This document shows positions 1-13,509 of a DNA stretch of 64,000 nucleotides, in pieces. A model generated the notes under the pieces. The model was not told the origin of the DNA and ran no database searches. It saw nothing but the letters and a program-made list of their open reading frames with translations. This DNA is from Takakia lepidozioides (lineage: Eukaryota > Plantae > Bryophyta), in contig CM060731.1 of assembly GCA_030704615.1 (NCBI GenBank), forward strand, positions 11,470,001 through 11,534,000, written 5' to 3'. The position numbers and the translations under genes are program-made. The stretch's first letter is position 1; every line of letters begins with the position of its first letter.

Positions 1-183
1 TCAAAAGATGCAAGGCTCATCTTCTCAGCAGAAAGACATTGGCAAAGGTTCTATTGGCGTTACACTGCTCTCCAAATACAGTGGTGAGGAATGCTTCTAC
101 CTAACGTGCTGGCCCTTTTGCCTATCAACCACAGGATCGTTCTCCATTTTGCAGGAAAGTTTCTTCTGTGTTATCACGGCTGA
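1..183 (+). CDS. Possible last exons of an upstream gene, product unknown
   Basis: Open frame from the window start to a G|gtgag donor at 83; ttttgcag acceptor at 154 gives in-frame ...LLSKYSG|KFLLCYHG-stop (TGA 181-183). No recognisable motif. Confidence 0.25.
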
Positions 184-546
184 AAGCAACGGGTACATCC
201 CTCTCTAGAGCCTGGAACATGCAGATTACAAGCTATCATTCCCAGCATGAAGACACAGTGCAAAATTGTTCCGTTCTGCTGTATCTGTGAACCCAAACAA
301 TACACTAACAATAACATACCAAGTCACTCAACAGATACTCTGTATAAGCATCTCAAACTATCTTGCTAACTAAGCTGCAAGTAAAGGGGGAGCTAATTAA
401 CCAAACATGAATTTGATTCACCAATGGAATGAAGTACTGACTGTTCTGATTGTTAGAACAGGGTATATATATAATATACAACCCGAGGTGGGAGGTAGCA
501 GTCGGACTGGATGATGGGTGGTGTCCAGATTAGCTCATAACTAAGC

Positions 547-3413
547 TCAAAGGGTGTGTCGATCAAGCTTCCTGACAAGAAGCTGCAATCCATATGCGGG
601 CATAAGGGTTTGTCCTATACCAGGCGCATGGCGGTACCCCGGTGACAGAGAGAAGCTGAACCTCTGCAGCAGCATACAGAGAAGAACCTTGGCCTCCATC
701 AATGCAAAGTTCCTTCCCAAACACATGCGGCTACCGCCACCAAAAGGAAGGAAGGCGTCTGTGTGCGCCATTGACTCCCAACGATCGGGTTTGAAACTAG
801 TGGCATCCTTTCCCCAAAGCTCCTGGCTCTGATGAATGAGAGCAATAGGAATCACTATGGTGGTATCTGGAATTACAGATATGTCTCCCAGTTTGTGTGC
901 CTGAATGCAGTCTCTTTCAACTGCTGCGACTGGCGGGTAAAGCCGCAATGTCTCGTCCAGTATCATCGACACCTGGGTCACAATAGTCATTCTAGTTAGA
1001 TGCATGTACTAAACATAAACCACTTCTCTTCGTACTATCAGTAAGTATTTTATGTATGTGAGCCCCCGTCATTTCATCTCAACCTAAAAAGCAGCTCTGA
1101 GCAGGCATTGTATGTAATGAAGGTGTACACTTGCCCGGTTTCCAGTCCATGTAATGCCAACATTGAGCTGAGAAGCCTTTAATGAGATTGGAAAAGCATG
1201 CTGGTTGGTACTTAAAGCGGCAAAGAAAAGCTTACTAACCGCTTTGAGGTTAGCAGTGTTTTCAGCGTCAGGTGGAGCATCCCCCAAGACCTCCTCCACT
1301 TCTGAACGCGCCCGACGCTGCCACTCGGGATGCAATGACAGCATCGTTAGTGTCCAAGTCAAAAGAACTGAAGTGGTGATGTTTCCAGCAGCAAACATGG
1401 TTCTGCATTCATGCAGGAGCTGGGTTCTGTTCATGGTGGCACTGCCTGCCTGCATCGCCTCCATCATTACTCCCAACAAGTCGTTGCCGTATATACTCTC
1501 GTGTGACGACTTCGTGTGTTGATTACCTTTGGTGGCCTGAGCAAGGCGCGCATCCACAATCTCTTCAAGTATAGAGTTTACAACGTTTTGATATCTCCAC
1601 GCTTTCCGATTGCTGGCGACTGGAAGGAACCTGCATTGACATGCACATTTTTTTTCACACATCCAACTGAAGTGGGCATCTTGACCAACGTAACTTCTCA
1701 AAATCCTGCAGGCGTACTAGTTCTGGTAGTCAGTAAGTTTTTGGACATAGTGTCTACCTGCCAAGGAAACATGCAGAGATTGATCTAACCTTGATCTCAA
1801 TAGAAGCTCTGGAGTACTTGTTACATGTGACAGTGAGAAAACGGCTGTATTTAACATTCAGGAATAGTGTGCACCCAGGTGAAATTTAGACAGGCTAGAG
1901 AGATCTATGAAATTAAGCGCACCAGAAGCCAGGTAGGAGGTGGCCGTATCCAAACTCTCTGTCACTGACTGTAGTGGCCAACGCTTTCATAGCCTCAGCG
2001 GCCACGCCTCCTTTGCTGACTTGGTCATTTTCTCCAGCCCTCACTCTTGTCGAGCCAAAAGTGGCCCTGACAACTACGTCCATCGTTGTTCTGGAAATGT
2101 CCAAGTCAATATTGATCTCTGCGCACTTCCCATCTGAGGTGTTGCTGATTTGCGTCTGCCATTTCTGGACTAGCTCCTCCCCACAGTCCACCATATGATG
2201 CAAGACACAGTCCTGCGTGTATTTTGGGTGATCAGTGCACTGGTCTACATATCGGCAATTGACAACTATGAGACAACGTGCAAGCTTATAGCCCTGCATC
2301 ACTACATTTACAACATGTACATCTAGAGATATGTACAGACCGTAGTTACATTGTTCTTTGAACATGTGGATATATATGACGTATGGCTGCAAATGTATAC
2401 ACTATCTAGAGCAAGCATAATAGTGCAGAGGAGGGCAGGACTGATCGACCCAGAGAGCATCAATTGGGGATCGCGTCAGTCTACGATTGTCTCACACACT
2501 GAAATAGTGACTTCAGATAAAATTACTTAGCAATCTCTGTACAGCACAGCGGCCAGATTTAGCCTGATCCTGTCCAAAACATGTCCTCGTTAAGTAGGAG
2601 TCAGTTTAGTACCTTCAGGTAGTTCACACGGAAAGAAGGGCTGATAATTCTGTGCTGTTCCTTCCACAACGAACCTTCAGACACGAGAAGGCCCTTCCCC
2701 ACCAAAGGAGCAATCGCATCGGTATTCAGCGCAGATTTGTTGTAGCATGAAGCTTTCGAGAGCAAGACCTGTTTCGCCAGGATTGGATCCGCGACCCCAA
2801 TCCGTGTTGACGATCCCACTTCATGAATGGACACATTGCCTGTATTCAAGACCAGATATCGAGAACATTTAACAACTAGGGCACCTGTGATTGTGCAGAC
2901 CGTTAGGATCTCGTGTAATGTAGTTTATGAACACAGTCCTGATAGGTTCTTGAGTGCTACATATACTCCAAAGAAGATAATCGGTTCACGTGTACTTTAC
3001 ATTACATCTGAAGACCTCGGAATTTAGCAACTGTTTCATGAATCCAATTGACAACTTCAAGTACAGTCCATGCTCCGGGGATGCTCCGAGGGTCCATAAA
3101 GTACCTTGACATTCTATGCGAGATGTGTACAAAAAACAGGGATCCTACCATACTCCCTGGCAAAGGTGACCAGGTATGGAATCGTTCGAGTGGAGTTGGG
3201 ATCTGTAAACTGGAGACTGCGTGGGAGGGAACTCCGGAGCTCCTGAATCTCTGGAAGATTCCCAACGAAGGGCCTGAAAACTGGCCCACGAATGCCTTGC
3301 TTCTCGTAGAATCTGCGTTTACTGTAAGGTGTCCACCATCGCCAGAACAGTATAGTGGCTACCCAACATACACACAACGCTGCGCACACTGCTGGAATCC
3401 CCCAATTCGTCAT
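547..3413 (-). CDS. Cytochrome P450, CYP72 clan (CYP734/709/714-like), 5 exons
   Basis: Exons 3413-3149, 2839-2613, 2212-1923, 1630-1240 and 972-547 join in frame at GT-AG sites. N-terminal TM plus GIRGP, GLLVSEGSLWKEQHRIISPSF, I-helix AGNITTS, ETLRLYPP, FKPDRW, heme motif FGGGSRMCLG. Confidence 0.93.
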
Positions 3414-5015
3414 CTTAGCCAATATTGGTAGATCTGGGCTCCCTCTTTCATGCACTCTACCTCCGTGTCGATGTACCGTGTATGGCGGTGCTAATGCCTA
3501 ACAATTGTGATCGCTGTCTTATATACACGGGCACTTTTCAGCCACCCTACGAAGGAGCGGCTGTCTGTGTGTTACACGCACTTCGGATTCCTGGGAACAC
3601 GAGCTGACGTTGTCGTCGGGAAGTTTTTGTGCACTGACGACAGAACCTTCCGCGCAACTCCCCCTGCACTCAATCTGCAGCTTCACAAATCAGGCCCCTT
3701 CATTAAGTTATATAGAGAGGCAAAACTAGTTACCTCGTCCCTGAGTGACACTGCCCAAGGGAAGGGGGAGTCTAAGATTACCACACCCAACAAGGTAGCT
3801 GCCACACTATCCAACTGAGCTACCCGCTGCCGGTAAGTTAGCTTCTAGAAGCAGCTGACGTTAGTATTAGGGACCTGCCCTGCTTTTCCCATCATTTTCT
3901 GACCACATTTCACCCAGGCTGCTTTGTATATAAAGGCCGCTTTAGTCTTGGCTCGTCCCTCATTATCAACGGGGTTTATTTTTTCCCCTCAAATAAAGTA
4001 AATGGCCAACGCCTTTTATTTTAATTAAAAAATATTTTTAAATAAATAAAAGGCAATGGTAGCCTTTGATCCTGTGAGACCAACTGCTTTGGGGGATTGT
4101 ATTACAGATGTTTCTAACAGCCAGTAAAAATTAGAGGCTGTGACGAACGTATTCTGAGCAGTTTTAGAAGCTGGTCCAGATAGCTCTCCCGCATTACTGG
4201 AAACTCAGACTTGTTTCAATGGTGCATTCTCTTGAATCTGAAAGCATAAAGTATTACAGGTACCGGCAACAAGATCAATAGCGAAAATGTAACTAAACAT
4301 ATGACGCCATTGCATGTTTGACTGGCATAGAAAAGAGGAAGATGAGGTGGGGAACTGGGGCCATTTGCATTCGTGCTGCAAGCCGCCCAAAAAGAGAGAT
4401 AAGGATGGGGTACGTATGGGTTGGACCGAAATTGGGTGGGAGGGCCAGTGGGCCCTCGTGTTGTGAGAATGTGGCGTGGGATGTTGACGTTGCTGACTGT
4501 GTTGCGGTTGGGCACTGCGTTTTGTCATCTTCCGCAGTCTGCAAAAGGTGATTGACAGTACGTCTCTCTCAGATGTACTGCATCATATTTAGACACATGC
4601 TGACGGTGCAACTGTCATTGCGACGAATAGAAGTTGTCATATTGGATGAGCAACAAGTTGAAACTGAAGGCGTAATGTCTTCTTCCTTCTTGATTTATTG
4701 TTGGCCTTCCCTTTAGCAGGGACTACCTGTATGCATGTCTTCTTCCTTCTCGATTTATTGTGCTCCATTGGTAGATGAATGTTAATTTACTAATCTGCAC
4801 CTGATATCTTGAGTGGGTCCCAACTGGGCACACTGTTCTTTATGTTCTGGATGTGTTCCATTGATGAATGTGAGTGTATTGGGTCTCTTGACGTTGAAGT
4901 AGGGGAGAAAATGCGGTCAAAGGATCTTACACTCGGTCAGGCAACAATTGGTGTGTTGTGCAGAGTCATGCTCCCTAATGGCCCTTACCAGGCGAGCGGT
5001 AGCTAGAGGCAATGA

Positions 5016-5301
5016 CGTGGAAGTCCTTATAAGGGGCGATGGTAATACTTAGATGGTAATAAAACGTAAGTACATGTCAGTAAGAACCATTTTACGGCTA
5101 CCACAAGAACCATTTTACAGCTACCACACGACCGGCAATCCTTTGTGCATAAGGAGACGAGAAGGGAGAGAAGAAGCGACAATCTGTTAAAGGGTAAACA
5201 AGAGAGACGATCTCCGTGGCGGGAAGGAGCTAAACACGACAAAGACATTCCCTACCATTTCGGATTTCCAGGCGGTAGTCCTTGTAAATCCGACTTCCGC
5301 G
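5016..5301. mobile_element. Possible small MITE remnant
   Basis: Imperfect inverted ends cgtggaagtc..ttataagg and ccttgtaa..gacttccgcg; agaggc occurs on both flanks but there is no clean TSD. Confidence 0.25.
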
Positions 5302-5608
5302 GAGAGGCTCCACGTACGCACCACGTCGGCCACCATACTTTTCTATGCCCTTCCTTGCCGTTCCTCTTGTGTGGTAGGTGAAGGTGCTGCTCTGCTCTGC
5401 GTCTCACCGCAGTCCGGACTGGCTACAGCCCGGTAGTAGCCCATAAGCGAGGCGCTACCTAGTTCGAAACCAGTATTAACAGGTGCTCTATCATAACCCA
5501 CCAAATAACTAAGGGTCCAACGGAAAAAATACCACATATGTCTCAGAATCTGGATAACTGCCAGCAATGAGGGGTAAAAGTAATCATGTGTGGTGGTGTG
5601 AATGCACC

Positions 5609-8600
5609 TTAAGCTGAGGTGCCTAATAGTATCAAAGCCACCAGAGCTCCCATCAAGTTTGGCAGCCATGCCCCCAAGTATGGGCCAACATAACCTAACT
5701 GCAGCAAGCACACATATATCCACTTTTACAACCTGAATGCAAGGGACAAGCCAGCAAAACTTGATCCTGTTAGTATTTTAGCAATTAATATATGCCTACA
5801 CACTGGGGTACCTTGGTAGTTATTTTGCTGTATGACATCCAAGTGAAAGCCCAAAGTAGTTGCATCTGTTTAGTATGAAAAAAAACTTTCATAATCATTT
5901 TTCCACACTTCCACACTCCCCCATAAAATACTGTGCCATTTGAGATTGATATCTCCCACAATCAGCAAGATCCGAGCAGAAAATTGATGTGCTTGAAGGG
6001 CTGCATACCTGGCCTATAAGGGATCCAAACACAGAGACACTGTAGTAGCCAAACACAATCGCGGGAGTCAATGCCAGCCCGATCTGCCCCACCAGTGGCA
6101 TTTGCTCAGAGTAAAAACTTGCAATTAGTCTGCCAAGGTGGCAATCTGATCCTGAATTGAGTAAGAGATTGACATACAGTGCCAAGAACAAATGAGAGGG
6201 AACAAGAAGTACGACTCGGCAGAGCCAACAAAAGGTGCCAATGATATCACCATGAGTACAGTGGTGCTGGAAAACCTAATTGAGCTTGATTGATATGCTT
6301 TTTCCAAATACAACCGAAGCTTTTGTTCCGGTCTGAGAGCAATATAACTGCTCAGATTCTAGTGAAAAGACATCCTTAATATGATCCAGATGTGCAGTAC
6401 AATAACCTCTCACTAAGCACTCGCCAGCCTGAAAGCAACAAGGGACAAAGAGGATGAAAGCAAAAACAGGGAAGGCAGGTCAGCAATTCACAACCTTACC
6501 CATCTCTGCTTCTGTCGCAGACGAAGACTTAGAAGCGAACCAACCATTCCAAATACCACACATGCAAATGGAAGTGAAATACGTTGCTGTAGCTTCACCT
6601 GCGCTAACAATGAATTGATTGTTGATCAACATGCCAACACAATTGTTTCCTCAGGTAACGCATCGCCCAAAGCTGTCCTTACCCAGACCTAATTTAGGGA
6701 GCTGAGATTGGGAGAATTGTGCTTTGCGGCTACATCCGACCAATGGAGCAGAATCTAATGATAAAGAATTTCTGGAGAAGACACACACCAAAAATGTTTT
6801 TGATTTAAAAACGAGGTCACATTGGAGAAATTCATCAGTGCAGGCGTCAGTTGTCCAAGACATGTATCTTGACTCAGTTTTAATAAATAAGCTGAAAAAG
6901 TGACACTAATGAAACATACCTCAAGCTTGCGGCTTTCCTTCACATTCCTACTTGTATGCAGAAGGTGCTGCAGCCTTAACACCTGCCAGAACAATTTCTG
7001 CTTGAGCTCACCTTTGGCGGTTCAGAATGATTGGTCCTTTATAAGCACAGATCTTTGTGAGCTTGTCAAGGAAGAAATGAATACAAATATGCTTGCATCA
7101 GTTGCCTCACAATGAGGCTGACATGTCCAGTACATGCATAGGTACCAGGAAGGAAACATGATGTCACCTCCACCATAGTCAGGTCATCGAAAGATTTACA
7201 GAGTCCAAATTCTGCAAGATCCATTGGAGCTCGTGTCAAGCCAGGGACACCTGCCGCACACCCAAGCAACTATGCAACAAAGATTAGGTTGTATGCAAAG
7301 TAGTACTGCGTGTGGACCAGCTTAATTGCTGCACTCATCACTATTGATGGTCAACGACAATAAAGTCTCAAGCTTTTCACTTGAGTCCAGCAACAATGCT
7401 TGTTAGGCAAGGAGCACCAGAAACCAAATGGTATAGAAGACATCAACCCCAACACAAGCTTTAGAAACACATCACCTACATTGAGCTTTGAAGAGACGAA
7501 CTGCCTGCAGAGATACAGGCAAGAACTCTTTGGTCTGGTGCATGATTGCATTTCCTCCGTCCAAGTTATGCGTTCCGCATGTAGCCTCCTGAGCCAGAAC
7601 GTACTCAGTGCCATCGCTGAAGACCCACATCAGAAGAGATGTATCCCATGTCGCTGCTTCTGCCACTACCACTCTCTTCACTGCAGTTGCAACCAGACAA
7701 ACGCAGCCAATGTTACTGCATGACTAAATGCTAAGCACAATTGAGAGCTCTCACTTCCTTCATGTAATCCTACAGATTCCTTCAGACGCTTTTCAAGCCT
7801 GTCTAGAGATCAATCAATTTTACTACTACGTGTTTGTTGGTGTCTCACGAACCCCGGCCCCCTCTCCAGAAGTTGAATCCCTCAAACCATCCCTCTCTTA
7901 GTCTCTCAATCACCCTTAGAAATATAATTACAATACCCAGCATCTCAACATCAACCCTATCACCACTTTAGTATCAGTGTCAGGCCAAGATTTGCCCAGG
8001 AGCACCTATCAACATCTACGATACACATCACCCTGAAAGAGGTTAAGAACAAACCTACAGTGACACTAACCTGCCTTACGACTAGAGTGCAGGATCATCT
8101 GTGAAGAAGTGGCAGCCCCCTGAAGGGCTTGACGCTTGGTACTCTGCATCACTGGCAACAGTACATGATCCTGGCAAATGGAGCTAACACTCACATCAAA
8201 CCCTATGCCAACTAACTAACTTCCTACACAACCTTTCAAACTATTCCTTCACACAAGTTGAATTGAGACTAGTGTTCAACCTTACACTCCACTTATATGA
8301 AAAACTCAGATACGAATAAAAACATGGTCAAGCACATTTACCTTTACCTCCAAAAGTGTGACTTTGACCAAGGCTTTACCGTTGAACCCATGTGCGTATA
8401 GTAAGCGGACTAGACCACATTCCCTGCACTTTACCATGAGAGGACAACAGTTGATCACTCCAAAACCATTGCCGGTCATTAATACAAGAGAACTGAAAGA
8501 ACAAGCATGTGCAGCGCTTAACAACTCTCATGTGGAGACATTTTAAAGCTACCTTGAGAGTTATAAATGACAGCAGCCCTTGGACCTATAAGTGATCCCA

Positions 8601-11600
8601 AGCTGCAATGTGTCTGTGCGTGAGAGTGTGTGTCAGAGAGAGACGAAAAAAGGCTAGACGAGTTGTGATCAACATTTTTGGCTTAAAGAGTTTGAATCTT
8701 TGCACCCACATCAGGCAGGACCAAGTAGGACAGGAGGCAACCTGGCACCTGCTCCACCAGCTCGAGTAACTTTTGCAGAAACAAAGTGCTCGGCAACAAT
8801 CAAATCTTATTAATGACCATGAAGGTCAGCTTAAAGAGAAGTACACGAACTTACCCAAATTCTGGGTAGATCAGAGGCTTGCTGAAGGAAGCTGAAGATG
8901 TCTCCTTCCCCTGTCAGCATGTGATTTTTTATCAGTATTAAGTGTGCATGGTACCAAGAAACAGATAATATAACCAATTAAACTTAAAGTTAGAAATGTA
9001 CGGAAGGGCATACTTACGGTATCTGCGTTCAAGGCCTCAGTCATAGCATTACATACACTTGCTGCTCTGGTAATCTCCCTGGCAGTCCTGTTTGCTAGAG
9101 GCGTTATCCCCTGTATGGATCATTGCGGCCATAAGAAACATTCCTGACACTTCCTTCAATCTTGAGAAGGTGTTGTCTAAAATTGCAAGACAGATTGTAC
9201 ATGTTATTAGAAGGGATCCAAAACTCCAAGGCACTGCCTTTTGGAACGTTTTGATGGAGGCATAGACTTGTACAACACACAACAACCTCATGTGATCTAG
9301 AAATTTGGCTTGAGCACAGTCAATCAACACAGAGCACTTCATTTTGATACACCAAGCTACATGAGCTCCAGAAAATTCTACCTAACAGGACATAAGGTGG
9401 CAGAAAGGAATGTTGTTGCACTGTGGTGGTTTATTCCCTGCAGCACACAAGGTTGTTTACTATGCACCAAGGTTACCCCCCAGTTATACATCCATACCCC
9501 ATATGATTCAGGAATTCAAGCAGTGAGGGTGGTAAAGGTAACACCATTTTCCCCCTTCTGCAAGAAACTGAGTACAGTTGTGAAGCACTCTAGGTGACTC
9601 CCATTGTCACCATATTTCAACAATACAAAGAGTGGCATTCATAGTCATAGAAAGGTCCTAAGAGGACTAGAAATATGCTAAATGAGGGCTATCTGACTGG
9701 TACTGCACCTCTGCAAGCACTAAGTGCAACAAGGTGACTGCCGTGAACACGAGGAAAGCGGGCCTCAAAATGCGTCCAATAGTTACCCCACCTGCTAGTA
9801 ATGCTGCGCGTACCACTCAATTCTCTGGATGACATTCTAAAAGAGGTCTTGCATCTAAGTACTTGCACTTACAACTTACATAAAGAGGATCTAGCATCAA
9901 ACAACTCAATTATCCCTACCATTCCTATCTTTATTTATGTCTACGAATTCAAAATATTCATTGACAACCACTCAGATGGAAGACAAGCCTGCATAGTTTT
10001 TTAATTAGTCAAGATGCAGACAAATTTCTTATAGCTATGACTGTCAGATGCACCAATACAAAGTCATACATCAATTTTGTGGAGCTGGGGGCCCGATGAG
10101 TAACATATTTACAAATGAGAGGTGACAGTAACAATTGCACCGCATCCTTAGCTCTGACCTACACATTAGAAGCAGGTACAAAATACAGAAAATTGCAAGT
10201 TGCAACCCCTTACTTGCCTTCCAGAACTCAACTGCCCCTTTCAAGGGAAATTCCTACACACTGACTCTAAATACCACAGAAAAGCTTTGAAATCCCATAC
10301 AAGGAAACAACGAATTACAACATAACGTCAGAAATGGCTTGAGAGTACCGTTCAGTTCGTTGTCTGCACCCATGCGACCAAATGCTGCCATTGAAGCCAG
10401 CAACGATGCCATTGGCAGAGCCAACCCAATGTATGACTGTTCACAAATCCACGCATCACCACGTAAACCCAGCTCAGCTCTTTGGTTTTTAATTGATCCC
10501 AAAATAGCAACATGAGGCTGGGGGAAGAGGTACAGACAGTGACGTAGAAGAGACTGCAGAAGGAAAAGATCGTTGCAATGTGGCATCATGACCCTTGGAC
10601 CTCATCCTAAGAACGCCCAAGCCCTGCAGCAAAAGCCATATCTGCTACTCCTCCAAACTGGTTTGTCAAACATTAGGATTTCATTGATTCTAAAAATGCT
10701 AGATACTTCGTTAATGAAAATTGTCCTCTGCAATAATTTGCTGGAGTATCGATGGTACCGGAAGGTGCAGAACGATGAGCTTCAAAACTAGCATAATACA
10801 ATGAATTGACAAGCCCACTCTCTCTGCCACTGCCATCACTTCTGCCCCTGCACCTGCAAATGTAGACCACGAAAAAGAAGCTCATCAATTCTGTTTCTCT
10901 TCCCCTATCTGCAACACCCTAAGCACTAGGCTAGTCCAACTAAGTAAGGTGCAGACCACTCCACAGTTAAGGAAGGGCGAGATGGTAAGGATAGCCTTCA
11001 TTTGAAAAGTTGTCCAGAAAGACTGTCATTCACCTACTTTAGTTCAGTTTGACTATTGAGAGGCCCGAGACAAGTTCTGACCTTTCCTGAATTCTGGGGG
11101 GCATACAGTAATGAATGGATGCCATGTTTAACTGCCTTCCAAAACAATTGGAACAGCAGAATGTGATGGTAACTCCCGCTACTGGAATTGTGAGCTTCCT
11201 CTGGAGTCTAAGGCCACGCTTTCGACGAGCCAAGACTGACATGCACATTTCTCTTTGTGTGTGTGTATGTCGGGCTCCACGAAAACAAAACATATTGTAG
11301 AAATTCTATAAAATTTGTATTCTAGGAAATGCCGATGTCCTAGCCCTCTTTGACAGATGAAAACATTTAGACAAAAACGCCCTTTAGAAATAGTACCTAT
11401 GGAGACGCCCAAAACCGTGAAAGCGCAAGCACCACACAGGAGTGGGAGGAGGAGCTCCTGCAGCAGGTACATGTTGAGCACTGATGTGGCCTCCTCCATC
11501 ACAATTCCCGCAACCCGTTCTTTGTGTCTCAACAATCCCTGAAACGTGTGTCCTACCGCACTTGAAGCTTTCTCGAAGATAGAGAGACACCTCTCATGCC

Positions 11601-11763
11601 TCCGACTAACATCACTTCTGAAACATAAACACTGACAGGGGGGCACTGATAACGACCGTCCTTGATGTCTAACTAAATTGCTCGAAGTTGTGGATGTACC
11701 TTGTAACCGGGCTGCAAGAGGAGGGAAGAAGTGAGATGCACCTGAGAGAGCTAATCTCAGCAT
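5609..11763 (-). CDS. LptF/LptG (YjgP/YjgQ) family permease, cyanobacterial type, probably plastid-targeted; about 14 exons
   Basis: Spliced reconstruction: Ser/Arg-rich transit-like N-terminus; YLLQELLLPLLCGACAFTVLG (to 11397); LHLP|SYIGLALPMASLLASMAAFGRMGADNELN|ALLAGGVTIGRILRP (~10853-9708); RLLYAHGFNG; VVAEAATWD; KLQQRISLPFACVVFGMVG (6598-6500); IVFGYY; YLGAWLPNLMG with stop at 5609. These match recalled LptF/G motifs. Confidence 0.85.
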
Positions 11764-13509
11764 GGTCTCACTTGCGCACTGGGCGTTTGGACTCTCACTT
11801 ATGTCACGAGGGTTCAAGTTGTGAGTACTGAATTGGCACAATAGATGTCCAGAGGCGAGCTTAGGATACAGGAAGCACTCTCAAACCATGGAATGACTTA
11901 TGCTGGCATTTGTCGACAGCCAATGCCACTGGTGTGTTCGAGCGCTTGCTTTGAATATGTTTTCATGTTCCATCTCTACACGTGAGTAAAAACGAGTTCG
12001 CTGTTGAATCTGCTAGAAAGAAGAGATCATCAACAAGTTGGTGAGGACACGCACAATCCAGATGCCTTGTGCACCTATAAAAGTTCTGCCACAAAAATCC
12101 GAGCAATCTGCTTTACTCCTCACACGCATAATGACTCATCCAAATCGCTTCTCTGAGAGACGAAGCTGCTAAGACACACCCGTGTCAGTGTTGCCCAAAT
12201 GTTTCGAGATGATTTTAACTGTAACGTATGTGGCAATCTGCACGGGTACTGAATGGAAATTGCATTGGAGCTGTTGCAGAACAAAGCGATTCTGCTACCG
12301 AGAAGCCTTCATCGCTTCAAATCTTCTTGAGAATTTTTCCTTGTCAAGACGTCAAGACCTTCGAGAGAGAAGCAAGAGCTCAAGAGGGAAGACAGATACG
12401 AGTACGTATATGTACACGTATTCGTATATTCATAAACGGGCGACCCGCTAAACCTACCGGCAGTGACCAGTGAGCGGTGGCTGAGGTGACAGTTCGAGAA
12501 GCCGAACATTATTACTCGTCTATTTGTAATGTACTATCCAAACACTGACACATGGCGTATCATAATTTGTTAATATTTAGGTTCCTCATTTGGGGACCCG
12601 GTGAGGTCCCACATGCAAAACCCTTATCTTATGTTTTTTCCTGTGGGCGAGTCTCTCTCGAGGGGTTGTTGTCTTTTGTGCTCTGGCCCACTAGGTCGGT
12701 CTCCATGCCCCTAGATTTCTCAGTCTCGCAGCTCCGAAATGGAGCGTCAAGCTTGAAAATCGTTTCATTCTTGGAGGATATTTTTTGTGGAATTTAATAA
12801 TCCCTTTCGTATTGATTTTGTAGACAGGGAGCACATCCCCATAGCCTGAAGGGATCTTTCAATATCTGTATTTGTCTCTCATTCTTTCGAGCACGCGGCC
12901 AACTTGCAGGCCTCTTCATCCCTGTTTTCTCCCTTTGGATGTGCAGAGGAATTGTAGCTGTGCGGATTTAGGTCTGGTAGACGCTGTCCACCATTTTCTC
13001 TTTTCTTCCTTCGGATGTTTGGAGGGATTTCAGCCAGAGTAGGTTGAGCCGGGCAAGGAATTATTGGACTCGGGATTGGCACAAAAATCAGGGCACGCCT
13101 CTCAGGCTCGTCCTTGTGGTTGGATCAAGCCTCTATGAGACCATGGCTTTGCAGAGGGATGTGACAGCAGCAGAGAAGGTTTTCGAACAGGGCGGATACA
13201 CGGCATTTTACGTTAGTTAATTGAGTGGCCAGCTTCACAGGTTTCGAAATAGGTCATATAATGAGGGATTATTCATACCCTGAAATCGAAGAGCTCCACA
13301 TGTAAGGAATTTATCTTGTAGCTGGATGTTCATCAAGGAACTGTCCTGTGCTTCATTTTCTAACTCCCATCAAGGGTTCAGCCTGCCAATTTCCGAGTTA
13401 TCAGGATTGCAAGCAGGGGTGTTCACCGATTGCTAAACCCTGCCATTCCTTGGAGTCTTTCAATAGACGTTTCCGACACGGGTCAGAGATACAAACAAGG
13501 GGGACGTGA

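Noticed and set aside
4675-4760. 26-bp direct repeat atgtcttcttccttctYgatttattg
   Set aside because: Simple local duplication with no further structure.
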